A stretch of DNA of 64,000 nucleotides from Gammaproteobacteria bacterium (GCA_965243205.1 CBDEUK010000002.1:800001-864000); one strand, 5' to 3'; counted from the stretch's first letter, positions 50,591-61,735 are shown. Notes: a model not told the origin generated them from the letters alone. Made by a program: numbers and translations.

Positions 50591-51787
50591 AGCGTTGCTA
50601 ACAACAGGTAACTCATCCTTAAACATAACCTTTAAGTTACGAATCGCTTGTCGAGTTCGATGTTCATTTTCAATTAAAGCGAAACGTACATGCTCATCAC
50701 CGTATTGACCAAAACCAATACCTGGTGAAACAGCCACTTTTGCTTCTACGATTAATTTTTTACAAAATTCTAATGAACCCATTTCTTTATAGGGTTCTGG
50801 AATTGGTGCCCAAACAAACATCGTCGCTTTTGGTTTTTCAACTTTCCAACCAATTGAGTTTAAGCCATCACATAAAACATCACGACGTTGCCAATACATA
50901 TTACGGATATCAGCTACACATTGTTGATCATCTTCAAGGGCAGTAATTGCAGCAACTTGCATCGGTGTGTACAAACCATAATCTAAATACGATTTCATAC
51001 GTGCTAATGCGTTAACTAATGTAGGATTGCCCGCCATAAACCCGATACGCCAACCAGGCATATTGTAACTTTTCGACATTGAAAAAAATTCTACTGCGAT
51101 ATCTTTAGCACCAGGAACTTGTAGAATAGAAGGTGCGGTATAACCATCAAACACAATGTCCGCATAAGCTAAATCTTGAACGACCCAGATCTCATGTTCT
51201 TTAGCAAACTCAATAACACGCTCAAAGAATTCCAGTTCAACACATTCTGCTGTTGGATTACCTGGAAAATTGATCAACATCATTTTCGGTTTAGGAAAAT
51301 TATCACGTACCGAACGTTCTAATTCAGCAAAGAAATCTATTCCAGGCCCCGTTGGAATATGCCTTACATCGGCACCGGCTATAACTTGGCCAAAAGGATG
51401 AATTGGATAAGCTGGATTCGGCACCATAACCGCATCGCCTCTATCAACCACCGCCATTGCTAAATGCGCTAAACCTTCTTTGGAACCTAACGTAACAATC
51501 GCTTCTGTCTCAGGATCAAGATCCACATCATATCGAGATTTATACCAATTACAGATAGCACGGCGTAATCTCGGGATACCTTTCGACATTGAATATCGAT
51601 GAGTGTCATCTCTTTGAGCGACTTCTACTAACTTATCAATAATGTGTTTAGGCGTAGGTTGGTCTGGATTACCCATACCAAAATCAATAATATCTTCGCC
51701 TCGACGGCGTGCCTCCATCTTCAAATCGCCAACGATGCTGAAGACATAAGGAGGTAATCGGTCTATTCTTGGAAAATCTTTGTTCAC
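50588..51787 (-). CDS. alaC: Alanine transaminase (class I PLP aminotransferase)
   Basis: [30 protein letters not shown]; upstream of hom-thrC; likely GTG start at 51787. Confidence 0.88.
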   Translation of the reverse strand: MNKDFPRIDRLPPYVFSIVGDLKMEARRRGEDIIDFGMGNPDQPTPKHIIDKLVEVAQRDDTHRYSMSKGIPRLRRAICNWYKSRYDVDLDPETEAIVTLGSKEGLAHLAMAVVDRGDAVMVPNPAYPIHPFGQVIAGADVRHIPTGPGIDFFAELERSVRDNFPKPKMMLINFPGNPTAECVELEFFERVIEFAKEHEIWVVQDLAYADIVFDGYTAPSILQVPGAKDIAVEFFSMSKSYNMPGWRIGFMAGNPTLVNALARMKSYLDYGLYTPMQVAAITALEDDQQCVADIRNMYWQRRDVLCDGLNSIGWKVEKPKATMFVWAPIPEPYKEMGSLEFCKKLIVEAKVAVSPGIGFGQYGDEHVRFALIENEHRTRQAIRNLKVMFKDELPVVSNA

Positions 51788-51919
51788 AGTTAGGTATTTT
51801 TCTTCGATAATTTGCAAATCGCGCAGTATACGACATCGTATAAAGCGAGTCATTTTTGAAATTAAAATTTCATAATTTATTCATTAAAATTTGAACTTAA
51901 ACAGGCAATTATCACTAAA

Positions 51920-52741
51920 ATGTCAAAATTTCGTGCCGCAGTTATACAAATGGTCTCAACCGACCATGTCCAAGAAAACCTAGAAACCGCAAAACGACTC
52001 ATCAACGAAGCCTGCCTTGATGGCTCAGAGTTTATTTTACTACCAGAAAACTTTCCGTACATGGGGCAAGAAGAGCAAGATAAGTTAGCGAATAAGGAAC
52101 CCGCTGGTGTCGGACCAATCCAAACCTTTTTATCACAACAAGCCCTGCAACATGGTGTTTGGATTTGTGCAGGCACAATACCGCTTGAGGCAACCGATCC
52201 TGATAAAATCAGACCAGCCAGTATCATCTTCGACCCACAAGGTAATGCGTGTGCCCGCTACGACAAAATTCATTTATTTGATGTCCTAGTCAATGATGGT
52301 GAGGAAAGTTATTTAGAATCTTCTACCTTTGAGCCTGGCAGCGAAATTATCGTCGCTAAATTGCCATTTGCTAATATTGGTATGAGTATATGTTATGACC
52401 TACGTTTTCCTGAGCTATATCGTCAAATGCATAACGATGACGTGAATGTCATCACTGCACCTGCCGCTTTTACCTATCTAACAGGAGAAAAACACTGGGA
52501 ACATTTACTCAAAGTTCGAGCAGTGGAAAACCTCAGCTATGTGATTGCTGCGAATCAAGGTGGTCGACATGTTAATGACCGCAAAACCTGGGGACACAGT
52601 ATGATTGTGAATCCGTGGGGGGAAATTATCGCTGAAGTTGAACATTCAGGGCCTGGCTTTGCTTGTGCAGATATTGATATGGATGAACTGACTCAATTAC
52701 GTAAATCGTTTCCTGCTCTACAGCATAGAAAATTTCTATAG
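51920..52741 (+). CDS. Carbon-nitrogen hydrolase (Nit1-like)
   Basis: LPENF, YDKIHLFD, ICYDLRFPE (Glu-Lys-Cys triad). Confidence 0.92.
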   Translation: MSKFRAAVIQMVSTDHVQENLETAKRLINEACLDGSEFILLPENFPYMGQEEQDKLANKEPAGVGPIQTFLSQQALQHGVWICAGTIPLEATDPDKIRPASIIFDPQGNACARYDKIHLFDVLVNDGEESYLESSTFEPGSEIIVAKLPFANIGMSICYDLRFPELYRQMHNDDVNVITAPAAFTYLTGEKHWEHLLKVRAVENLSYVIAANQGGRHVNDRKTWGHSMIVNPWGEIIAEVEHSGPGFACADIDMDELTQLRKSFPALQHRKFL

Positions 52742-52819
52742 CCTCTATTAATAAACAACATTTCCCTGCTGCGACAATTTCATCTACTATGAAATTCAAC
52801 ATTTAAATGCTGACTGACT

Positions 52820-54262
52820 ATGACTGATTCAATCCAAATAGCCGAAGAACAATTACTTGCCAACACTGGCTTACAAACCAGTGATGTCGAAAAAACGCTA
52901 AACTCATTAATGTCACATGACATCGATCATGGTGATCTCTATTTTGAAACCAGTCGCTCGGAATCTTGGGTATTAGAAGACGGGATTGTTCGTGAAGGCA
53001 GTCATAGTATTGATCAAGGTGTCGGCATTCGTGCCATCAGTGGTGAAAAGACTGGATTTGCCTACTCGGATGAAATCATTTCTCCAGCATTAAGTCATGC
53101 CGCTGAATCTGCACGAGCAATTGCCAAGAGTGGTGGCGATGGAGGTCTCAAGGCCTGGAGCAAAACTCAAACGCCCGTTCTATATCAACCTATGGATCCA
53201 TTAGGCACCTTAAGTTCTGATGATAAAGTTGCGTTATTAAAACGTCTTGATCAAGAAGCTCGTGCAAAAGATCCACGTGTTAAACAAGTCATGATTGGTT
53301 TAACGGGCTTAACAAATACAGTCTTAGTCGCTTCCAGTGACGGCACCTACTCTGCTGATGTACGACCATTAGTAAGATTAAACATTAATGTGATTGTTGA
53401 GCAAAACGGTCGTATTGAAAAAGGTGGTTCAGGTGGTGGCGGACGTTTTGGTTATGAATATTTTATTAATAATGACATGGCTTCAAGCTATGTCGATGAA
53501 GCCATTGAACAAGCTTTGATAAACCTTGAAGCCGTTGAAGCTCCAGCCGGTACGATGACGGTTGTACTTGGTCCTGGCTGGCCGGGAATTTTATTACACG
53601 AAGCGATTGGTCATGGGCTTGAAGGTGACTTTAATCGTAAAGGTACATCAGCATTCGCGAATCGAGTCGGCGAACGCGTTGCAAGTCCTGAAGTAACTGT
53701 AGTCGATGATGGCACGATTGAAAATCGACGAGGCTCATTAAATGTCGATGATGAAGGTGTCCCAACTCAATGCACAACATTAATTGAACATGGAATCCTC
53801 AAAGGTTATCTACAAGATAAACACAATGCCAAATTAATGGGTGTTGCACCAACAGGTAATGGTCGTCGTGAATCGTATGCCCATCTAGTGATGCCACGTA
53901 TGACCAATACTTACATGTTAGGTGGTCAACACAAACAAGAAGAAATTATTGCTTCTGTTGAAAAAGGTTTATTCGCCACGCAATTTGGTGGTGGTCAAGT
54001 AGATATTACTAATGGCAAGTTTGTGTTCAGTGCTTCCCAAGCTTATTTAATTGAAAACGGAAAAATCACAACACCAGTGAAAGGCGCTACCATTATAGGC
54101 AATGGTCCTGATGTTTTGACACGTGTTTCTATGGTCGGTGATGATATGTCATTAGATAGTGGCATTGGTACATGTGGTAAAGATGGTCAATCTGTTCCTG
54201 TGGGTGTTGGACAACCTACGATTAAGATCGATGAAATGACAGTTGGTGGCACGAGTACTTAA
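52820..54262 (+). CDS. tldD: Metalloprotease TldD
   Basis: HEAIGHGLEGD, PRMTNT, CGKDGQ. Confidence 0.97.
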   Translation: MTDSIQIAEEQLLANTGLQTSDVEKTLNSLMSHDIDHGDLYFETSRSESWVLEDGIVREGSHSIDQGVGIRAISGEKTGFAYSDEIISPALSHAAESARAIAKSGGDGGLKAWSKTQTPVLYQPMDPLGTLSSDDKVALLKRLDQEARAKDPRVKQVMIGLTGLTNTVLVASSDGTYSADVRPLVRLNINVIVEQNGRIEKGGSGGGGRFGYEYFINNDMASSYVDEAIEQALINLEAVEAPAGTMTVVLGPGWPGILLHEAIGHGLEGDFNRKGTSAFANRVGERVASPEVTVVDDGTIENRRGSLNVDDEGVPTQCTTLIEHGILKGYLQDKHNAKLMGVAPTGNGRRESYAHLVMPRMTNTYMLGGQHKQEEIIASVEKGLFATQFGGGQVDITNGKFVFSASQAYLIENGKITTPVKGATIIGNGPDVLTRVSMVGDDMSLDSGIGTCGKDGQSVPVGVGQPTIKIDEMTVGGTST

Positions 54263-54284
54263 TTCTTATTATCTTAAAACTTAG

Positions 54285-55409
54285 ATGCAAAAAATTCCTG
54301 CGGCATTTATTCGTGGTGGCACCAGTAAAGGCGTGTTCTTTCATGAAAAAGATTTACCGAAAGATAAACACGAACGTGATCAAATTCTTTTAAAAATTCT
54401 TGGCAGTCCCGATCCTTATCAACGACAAATGGATGGTCTTGGTGGTGGCTACTCCTCTGTTTCCAAAGCTGCAATTATTTCTGTTTCAGAAAGAGATGAT
54501 GCTGACATTGATTATACTTTTGCTCAAGTTGCGGTTGATAAACGTTTGGTAGATTATTCGGCAAATTGCGGGAACCTTTCTTCTGCAGTTGGACCGTTTG
54601 CTATCGATGAGGGATTAGTTAAAACGGAAGATAGTAAAGTTACTATAAAAGTATTTAATACGAATACTCAAACTTTTTTTAATTCCACATTTGAAGTTAA
54701 AAATAATAAAGCCATAACTCATGGTAGTTTTGAAATTCCAGGTATTGCTAATACTGGAGCAAAAATTAAATTAGATTTTTTAAACCCTGATGGTGCTACC
54801 ACAGGAAAGTTATTACCAACTGGGAATGCAATCGATATATTATTAATACCTAAATTAGGAGATATAGAGGTATCGATCGTTGATTCTAGTAACTTATTAA
54901 TTTTTGTGAATGCAAACACATTAAACACTTCATGTAATCAACTACCTGATGATATACAAAATAATAAAAGCTTAATGGAGCAACTCGAAGTTATACGCAA
55001 ACATGCAGCTCTGCATTGTGGTTATGCTTCTAGCTTAGATACAGTTCCTCTAGCCAATCCTAAAATAGCCATTATCGATACTGTAAAAGATTTTCAAACT
55101 CTAGATAATAAAATAATATCTTCTGAAAAATTTGATATTGCGATAAGAATGTTATCAATGGGTAAAGTACATAAAGCGGTTACATTAACTGGAGCTATGT
55201 GTTTATCAACTGCTTGTTTTATTGAAGGGACTATACCTAACCAACTTATAAACAACTCAAGCAAAGAAGACATACTGATTGGTAATCCTTCTGGCATTTT
55301 ACCTGTAAAATCTGAAGTGGCTAATAACTCAGGCATTTATAAAACAGAATCAACAACTGTTTATCGTACTCAAAGAAGATTAATGGATGGATATGTTTAT
55401 ATCGATTAG
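54285..55409 (+). CDS. PrpF-family isomerase
   Basis: RGGTSKG, GSPDP...DGLGG, NCGN, HKA. Confidence 0.9.
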   Translation: MQKIPAAFIRGGTSKGVFFHEKDLPKDKHERDQILLKILGSPDPYQRQMDGLGGGYSSVSKAAIISVSERDDADIDYTFAQVAVDKRLVDYSANCGNLSSAVGPFAIDEGLVKTEDSKVTIKVFNTNTQTFFNSTFEVKNNKAITHGSFEIPGIANTGAKIKLDFLNPDGATTGKLLPTGNAIDILLIPKLGDIEVSIVDSSNLLIFVNANTLNTSCNQLPDDIQNNKSLMEQLEVIRKHAALHCGYASSLDTVPLANPKIAIIDTVKDFQTLDNKIISSEKFDIAIRMLSMGKVHKAVTLTGAMCLSTACFIEGTIPNQLINNSSKEDILIGNPSGILPVKSEVANNSGIYKTESTTVYRTQRRLMDGYVYID

Positions 55410-56548
55410 AAGGTATAAGATAAATTAACGGATCCAAATTTCTGAGTATTCTCCTGACCCTTAAATTCTTTCGTTCTTAATACTTGGGAATAAGAAAGTT
55501 TAAATCGACTCCATGTCATGCTTGCTCCAGCAACGAAATCTCCAACCCAATTTTCTTTATCGATTTCATGACTATCTGAGAAAGTATTTCCATCAAGAAA
55601 AATATCTCGTAACACTAAACGGCCATTAGTTGCAGCGAACACATGAAAACTAAAACCATCCCATCCAGTTTTATATCGTGGATCATTTCTATCCGCTGGC
55701 GCATTGGTATCACCAGCTGGTCTAATCAATGCTGTTCCAAAGTCACTGGGTAAATTCCATCCAAAACGAACTTCAACTCCGGAATTAATGTGCGTAAAGA
55801 TATTACCTAACGCCGCACCACCATAAAAAATTCCATCCGCACCAAATTTTTTACCTAAGTTATCTCTGGAAAAGAAACGATACTTACGATCATAAATTAG
55901 ATTAATACCAACTTCGGTATCAATCTGATTATCCCAACCATTAGCTTTTTCAATATCTCGAATACTATGTACTAAGTCTTGAGCCTCTTCACCCAAAGAT
56001 AAATCGCCAGTAAAACCAAGCTGCACTTCAAACGTATCCAATCGGGTACGAGTTTTGGTATGGAATGCAGCACTGCCATATAACCAACCACCATAAGGTC
56101 GATCATTGGTAATTAGATCTCGACGAGAAATATCTTGAGGTGTATACATTTTTTGGCCAATAGAAAACGCAATGTGTCTTTGTCGCTCTCTATCTCGATA
56201 GGGTAAGCGTGATGAAATCGTATCAGATAATTTTTTTAGAAATGGACTTTTGTCCAAGTAAGGGTGATTATGAAACCATTGGAATTCAGGCGAGATCCAA
56301 CTGAGCTTTATTCCATTGGTATAAAAACGATCAGTATCAGCAAACAAATCATTTTCAAATTGAAAAGTAAACGTCCATGATTCTTCAGGTGGTTTCTCAG
56401 CATAGCTATTTGCTGAGAAACAAAAGAGTAATAAAAAAATGGTTTTATTAAGATATTTAAAATATATTTTATAAAACGTTATCGAGGTAGTCAGTACGAG
56501 GCAAACATCTACGAAAAGAGGGCCAGAAAAAATATTCATTCTATACAT
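55406..56548 (-). CDS. Lipid A 3-O-deacylase LpxR-family outer-membrane protein (start uncertain)
   Basis: ENDLF..TD..YTNG, GQKMYTP, DRPYGGWL, C-terminal Phe; the only in-frame ATGs upstream of the signal peptide lie in the repeat element. Confidence 0.85.
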   Translation of the reverse strand: MYRMNIFSGPLFVDVCLVLTTSITFYKIYFKYLNKTIFLLLFCFSANSYAEKPPEESWTFTFQFENDLFADTDRFYTNGIKLSWISPEFQWFHNHPYLDKSPFLKKLSDTISSRLPYRDRERQRHIAFSIGQKMYTPQDISRRDLITNDRPYGGWLYGSAAFHTKTRTRLDTFEVQLGFTGDLSLGEEAQDLVHSIRDIEKANGWDNQIDTEVGINLIYDRKYRFFSRDNLGKKFGADGIFYGGAALGNIFTHINSGVEVRFGWNLPSDFGTALIRPAGDTNAPADRNDPRYKTGWDGFSFHVFAATNGRLVLRDIFLDGNTFSDSHEIDKENWVGDFVAGASMTWSRFKLSYSQVLRTKEFKGQENTQKFGSVNLSYTF

Positions 56549-56607
56549 AATAAATGACCGATTTTGAGTAGGTGTTTAACATAGTAATGACAACGCAGAT
56601 AGTTTTA
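56472..56607. mobile_element. 136-bp TA-flanked MITE/ERIC-like palindromic element
   Basis: Imperfect terminal inverted repeats TAAAAC(GT)TATC / GATAGTTTTA; nested stems GTCAGTAC/GTAATGAC and AAACATCTAC/GTAGGTGTTT; second short copy at 50549. Confidence 0.7.
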
Positions 56608-57801
56608 GATTTGTTCCATCATATCAGGATTACGAATCGTCTTACCTTTATCACGATCAGAAGTCACTGAAAATAAAACTATCACAAAGGCTATAACACA
56701 ACAAACAGCAGCCCACAAAAATGTTTGTGTACCACCAATTTTATCCCATACCAATCCACTTAAATACGTTCCTAAAGTAATTCCTAAGCCATAACCTGCA
56801 CTACTGTATAAGGCTTGCCCACGCCCTTGGATAGAACCAGTGAAATATTCATGAAATAATGTAATCGCACAGGCATGGTACAAAGCAAAACTTGCAGCAT
56901 GTAATAATTGTGCAAAAATAATGATCGCGAGGTTATCAACAAACGAAGCTATTAAACTCCAACGAACCGCTGTTATTAAGATACTGGCCAAGAATAATGC
57001 TTTTATTGTGAAGCATTGACTGAGTTTATGCATATAAGCAAACACAAACACTTCTGCTATCACACCTAAGGCCCACATTTGCCCAATGAAACTTAGTGAA
57101 TAATTATTCTCTTCTAAATAGATAGAGTAAAAAGTGTAATAAGGCCCATGACTTCCTTGCATAAAGATACAACCTAAAATCAAACCGATCACTTTCCATT
57201 GTGACAACGTTGAAACTATGGATTTTTTTTCATTCGCACTTTCTGATTCTTTTTTATCATTAACTAAAAAACTCGATATTAAAATTAATATCATAATGAA
57301 AAAAATCACATGTACTAAATAACGTATTTCAATTTTTTCAAATAATAAACCAAGTAACCATCCAATAAGAATAAAACCAATAGAGCCCCATAAACGTATG
57401 TGAGAATATTGATAAGAAGAATTTTTTAAATAATTTAAAGTAGTGACTTCATATTGAGCCAATGTCGCATTCCAGAAAAATCCAAAACTTAACATTACAA
57501 AAGCCAAACCCCAAAAACTGGTCGTAAAAAAAGCGCCAACAAATGCAATAACCGAAATTAAGGAACCAATTCGAATGATTCGCATGCGTTTACCAGAATG
57601 ATCGGCCATCCAACCTAATAAATTAGGCGCTACAATTTTACTGCCGACTAAAATTGCTGATAGTAAACCAATGGCTTCTGCGTCAAAGTTGATTGATTGT
57701 AAATACAATGACCAATAAGGAATGAAAGCTCCAAGGGCTGCAAAATACGCAAAATAGAAACTCGACAAGCGCCAGTAGGGAACCTGCGATGAAGAATTCA
57801 T
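56605..57801 (-). CDS. MFS transporter (HcaT/MFS_1-like)
   Basis: 12 TM, YSHIRLWGSIGF, HGPYYTF, GRGQALY; follows aroC. Confidence 0.9.
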   Translation of the reverse strand: MNSSSQVPYWRLSSFYFAYFAALGAFIPYWSLYLQSINFDAEAIGLLSAILVGSKIVAPNLLGWMADHSGKRMRIIRIGSLISVIAFVGAFFTTSFWGLAFVMLSFGFFWNATLAQYEVTTLNYLKNSSYQYSHIRLWGSIGFILIGWLLGLLFEKIEIRYLVHVIFFIMILILISSFLVNDKKESESANEKKSIVSTLSQWKVIGLILGCIFMQGSHGPYYTFYSIYLEENNYSLSFIGQMWALGVIAEVFVFAYMHKLSQCFTIKALFLASILITAVRWSLIASFVDNLAIIIFAQLLHAASFALYHACAITLFHEYFTGSIQGRGQALYSSAGYGLGITLGTYLSGLVWDKIGGTQTFLWAAVCCVIAFVIVLFSVTSDRDKGKTIRNPDMMEQI

Positions 57802-57808
57802 TTAAGGA

Positions 57809-58906
57809 TTAAGCTTCTGAAGGGAGAACAGGCGTATCTGTTTGAACATCACCACACTGTCCACGATGACGTAATACATGATCCATTAATGTTAATGCCA
57901 ACATCGCTTCAGCAATTGGAGTCGCACGGATACCTACGCAAGGGTCATGTCGACCTTTAGTGATTGCTTCATCTTTTTCACCAGAGCGGTTAACCGTTTG
58001 CCCAGGAAGTCGAATACTTGAAGTTGCTTTTAACGCAATACTGACGACTAAATCCTGACCACTAGAAATACCACCTAACACGCCGCCAGCATTATTTGAT
58101 AGAAATCCCTCTGGTGTCATCTCATCTCGATGTTCAGTTCCGGTTTGAGTAATGCATTCAAAGCCAGCGCCTATTTCAACACCTTTCACTGCATTGATAC
58201 TCATCATAGCTTTCGCAATATCAGCATCTAATCGGTCAAAGATTGGTTCGCCTAAGCCGACAGGCATATTATCCGCAATCACATTAATACGTGCGCCAAC
58301 CGAATCACCACTTTTACGAAGGGCATCCATATACGTTTCAAGCGCATCGATTCCATCTGGCTCAGGAGAGAAGAATGGGTTATCGTTCACACCATCCCAA
58401 CTTTTAAATTCGATTTTATTTGGGCCAAGCTCAGATAAATACCCGCGAATGTTCATACCGAACTTTTCTTTTAGATATTTCTTAGCGATACCAGCAGCAG
58501 CGACACGCATACAGGTTTCTCGCGCTGAAGAACGACCGCCACCACGATAATCTCGGATACCGTATTTTTGTAAATAAGTGTAGTCAGCATGACCAGGACG
58601 GAACATATCTTTAATATTGGAATAGTCTTTTGACTTTTGGTCTTCGTTTTCTATCACCAAACCTATCGGCGTTCCTGTAGTCACCCCTTCGAACACGCCG
58701 GCAAAGATGCGAACTTTGTCTGATTCTTTACGTTGTGTAACATGACGGGACTGACCAGGCTTACGACGATCAAGATCGACCTGTAAATCATCTTCACTGA
58801 TTTCTAGCCCAGGCGGACAACCATCAATAATACCAAGATAGCCCAGCCCATGACTTTCGCCAGCGGTAGTTAAAGTAAATAATTTTCCAAAAGTATTTCC
58901 AGACAT
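57809..58906 (-). CDS. aroC: Chorismate synthase
   Basis: [28 protein letters not shown]. Confidence 0.98.
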   Translation of the reverse strand: MSGNTFGKLFTLTTAGESHGLGYLGIIDGCPPGLEISEDDLQVDLDRRKPGQSRHVTQRKESDKVRIFAGVFEGVTTGTPIGLVIENEDQKSKDYSNIKDMFRPGHADYTYLQKYGIRDYRGGGRSSARETCMRVAAAGIAKKYLKEKFGMNIRGYLSELGPNKIEFKSWDGVNDNPFFSPEPDGIDALETYMDALRKSGDSVGARINVIADNMPVGLGEPIFDRLDADIAKAMMSINAVKGVEIGAGFECITQTGTEHRDEMTPEGFLSNNAGGVLGGISSGQDLVVSIALKATSSIRLPGQTVNRSGEKDEAITKGRHDPCVGIRATPIAEAMLALTLMDHVLRHRGQCGDVQTDTPVLPSEA

Positions 58907-58962
58907 GGGCGCGGAGTATAACAGTATTCACCATGGGTGAATATTCTTGACATTAATTTTGT

Positions 58963-59241
58963 TTAGGATTTGCGAATTCGAACCACTGTCATTACCTGCA
59001 TTTCCATGCCAGCAACCGTTTCTCTATCAGAATAATACGTCATATTCACGTAGCTGCCTTTTAGACTTTGATATTCTTGTTTTCGTTTATAGCGAAACGG
59101 CGTTTCGACTCCTTCAACCATAATTGTATTAACGTACCATTCACCATCATTGCGTTGTACATGTGAAACAACTTTCAGTCGATCAGTTTGGTTTAATTTT
59201 TCATGAGAAGAGAGTAATTTTTTTACATCATTACGTTTCAT
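58963..59241 (-). CDS. Hypothetical protein
   Basis: 92-aa ORF overlapping the end of the YigZ-like gene, same strand. Confidence 0.7.
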   Translation of the reverse strand: MKRNDVKKLLSSHEKLNQTDRLKVVSHVQRNDGEWYVNTIMVEGVETPFRYKRKQEYQSLKGSYVNMTYYSDRETVAGMEMQVMTVVRIRKS

Positions 59242-59839
59242 CAGTTGATTCTTTTAATAATTTATTTTTATGGAGTTCAATAAAAGATTTTGAATTGGAT
59301 TCAGGCAACTGCACTTTAACATGTATTTGTTCTAAAAACTCTTGATGAATAAAAACACCATCATGCTGTTTCAAATCGTATTCAAACTGCTGCATTTCTG
59401 AATAATCAAAATAAAACTGTAATTCTATTTGTAGAACCCAAGGTTTTAACTCAGCAACTTCAATGACTTGTTTCGCAGCCGTGCCATAAGCACGTGTTAA
59501 TCCACCTGCTCCAAGCTTTACTCCACCAAAATAACGCACGACAGTAATAATACAATTTATTAATCCAGCACCTTCTAAATAATTTAAAATCGGTTTGCCT
59601 GCTGTTCCCGAAGGTTCACCTGCATCATGAAATTTAATATTCATCGAACCATCTGGATTACGAATCTTCCACGCAAAGGCAATATGATTAGCTTGCGGAT
59701 GTTCTTCAGCTTGTTGTTGAAGTATTTTCACAGCTTCGGTCTGTAAATTTATGGGGGCTATAGTTCCAATGAACTGAGATTTTTTTATCTCGTAAGTAGT
59801 AGATTGAATTATATTTGGGATAAATAATTGATCAGGCAT
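59231..59839 (-). CDS. IMPACT/YigZ family protein
   Basis: IKKSQF, DAGEPSGTAG, RYFGGVKLGAGGL.RAY. Confidence 0.93.
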   Translation of the reverse strand: MPDQLFIPNIIQSTTYEIKKSQFIGTIAPINLQTEAVKILQQQAEEHPQANHIAFAWKIRNPDGSMNIKFHDAGEPSGTAGKPILNYLEGAGLINCIITVVRYFGGVKLGAGGLTRAYGTAAKQVIEVAELKPWVLQIELQFYFDYSEMQQFEYDLKQHDGVFIHQEFLEQIHVKVQLPESNSKSFIELHKNKLLKESTDET

Positions 59840-59874
59840 AAAACAATTTTAAGTAAATTGTTTTAAAAAGATAG

Positions 59875-60417
59875 TTATTCTAGTCCTTTATATATATTTA
59901 TAAACCCAGTTTTATTCGGCATTTGAAAATTCTTTATAGTTTCAGAATTCATTACTACATCTTCGGCGACGAGGTTATTTAAGTACAGCATATAAGCAAC
60001 CAATGCGTAGGTTTCATCATTCGTTAATGAACCTGGTTGATTCATTGGCATAGAGCGGCGGGTAAAATCGAATAAGGTAGTTGCATATGGCCAATAGGTG
60101 CCTATTGTTTTTTCAGGCCATTCATCGGTAAGTTTATTGATAGCACCGGCAAGTTGCTCGCCTGTATTCCCTACTCCACCTTCACCATGACAGGCTAAAC
60201 ATTTTTCTTGATAGAGTTTTTCACCTTGTTGAACAGAACCAGCACCACTGGGTAATCCAGTACCATCTGGCATGATACCGATATCATAGGTTGTTAACTC
60301 TTCTGCACTAATAGGTTCTCCAAGACCTGGGCCTTGAACAACTTCTGCATGGCTAAGTTGAATGAAGAAAAAATTAATCCCAACCAGCGTCAATAGAAAT
60401 AGTTTCGTTAGATTCAT
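59875..60417 (-). CDS. soxD: SoxD-like monoheme cytochrome c
   Basis: CLACH, PDGTGLP.G.G, TIGTYWPYATTLFD..RR.MP; likely start MNLTK. Confidence 0.85.
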   Translation of the reverse strand: MNLTKLFLLTLVGINFFFIQLSHAEVVQGPGLGEPISAEELTTYDIGIMPDGTGLPSGAGSVQQGEKLYQEKCLACHGEGGVGNTGEQLAGAINKLTDEWPEKTIGTYWPYATTLFDFTRRSMPMNQPGSLTNDETYALVAYMLYLNNLVAEDVVMNSETIKNFQMPNKTGFINIYKGLE

Positions 60418-61735
60418 CGTCTTCGCTTTTATAAATATGAGTAATGGAACCATCTTCTTCTACTTGCCACGTAACAATAGCGTTGTAATGAAAGAAGCCA
60501 TGTCGACCACGATTTTTAATCAGTTCTTCACGTTCAGGTTGTACATAACCTGTTTCATCAATGGCCCGGCTTTTTAAAATTGCACTTTGACCATTCCATT
60601 GCCAAGGCATACGAAAACGTGTGAAGGCTCTATCCAAAACAGGTTCTTGTAATTCCGCTTCAGCCCAGGTTTCACCACCATCGGCTGACACTTCTACCGC
60701 TTTGATCTTGCCGTTACCTGTCCAAGCTAAACCAGTAATTTGATATAAACCTGGACGCTTTAATCGCATACCACCTGATGGTGAAAGGATTAATGATTTA
60801 GCTTCCATTACAAAAGTAAACATACGTGCTTTACCGTCAGGTTGTAACTCGGTATATCGCGCAGTTTCATTACGTGCCATTATAGATCGATCAGTAATGG
60901 TTAAACGTCTTACCCATTTCACATGTGTCACCGCTTCCCATCCTGGAAAGATAAGCCGCATCGGATAACCATTCTCTGGTCTGATACGTTCGCCATTTTG
61001 ATAAAGACCTAACATTCCATCTTGCATGGCTTTTTCTAATGGCACAGAGATATTCATCGCAAAGGCATCAGCACCTTCAGCAACTAACCATTTACCTTCG
61101 GGTTTAATTCCAACTTCGTTGAATAATGTCGCCAGTGGAATACCGGTCCATTCCGCATTGGAAACTAAACCATGAAAATAGCCAACATCAGAACGTGATG
61201 GTTGTGTGTTAAAACCTGCATTGCTATTGCCACCACATTCGATAAAGCAAATCTTTGATTGCATTGGATATTGCAATAAATTATCGACGCTAAATTTTTT
61301 CGGTGTTTCGACTAAACCATGTATGACTAATTGATGTTTGGCCGGGTCGATTTGAGGAACACCGTTATGGTGACGCTCGTAATGTAAGCCATTTGGGGTG
61401 ATTGTGCCTTCAAGTTCATGTAACGGTGTCCATGCCACACCATTGCCTGGAACAGACTCATTTGCAGATGGAAATCGAACCACATCAGATTCGTATTCTG
61501 ATGGTTGGCCATAACTAGAGAAAGGATCGCCAGGTTGTTTCATCCAGACTGGATTCGCTGGATCGAATTCAGCTGAGTCCGAAATTGTTTTGTCGATTGA
61601 GGTTTCTGTTTCCGCCGAACACGCGCTGCTCACTATAGCAGCCGAACTGAATACCAAACCTTGTTTGAGGAATAAACGCCTATCGAGCAAGCCATTACCT
61701 GCAACAAAATCTGTAGAATCAATGTCTGGTTTCAT
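60374..61735 (-). CDS. soxC: SoxC-like sulfite-oxidase-family molybdoprotein
   Basis: Tat signal DRRLFLK, TPNGLHYERHH, FIECGGN, QNGE..RPENGYP. Confidence 0.9.
   Translation of the reverse strand: MKPDIDSTDFVAGNGLLDRRLFLKQGLVFSSAAIVSSACSAETETSIDKTISDSAEFDPANPVWMKQPGDPFSSYGQPSEYESDVVRFPSANESVPGNGVAWTPLHELEGTITPNGLHYERHHNGVPQIDPAKHQLVIHGLVETPKKFSVDNLLQYPMQSKICFIECGGNSNAGFNTQPSRSDVGYFHGLVSNAEWTGIPLATLFNEVGIKPEGKWLVAEGADAFAMNISVPLEKAMQDGMLGLYQNGERIRPENGYPMRLIFPGWEAVTHVKWVRRLTITDRSIMARNETARYTELQPDGKARMFTFVMEAKSLILSPSGGMRLKRPGLYQITGLAWTGNGKIKAVEVSADGGETWAEAELQEPVLDRAFTRFRMPWQWNGQSAILKSRAIDETGYVQPEREELIKNRGRHGFFHYNAIVTWQVEEDGSITHIYKSEDDESNETISIDAGWD

Noticed and set aside
52820-54262. TldD as maturation protease for the MNIO RiPP
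   Set aside because: It sits in its usual nit-tldD housekeeping context 12 kb away, and the precursor has a Sec signal that signal peptidase can remove.
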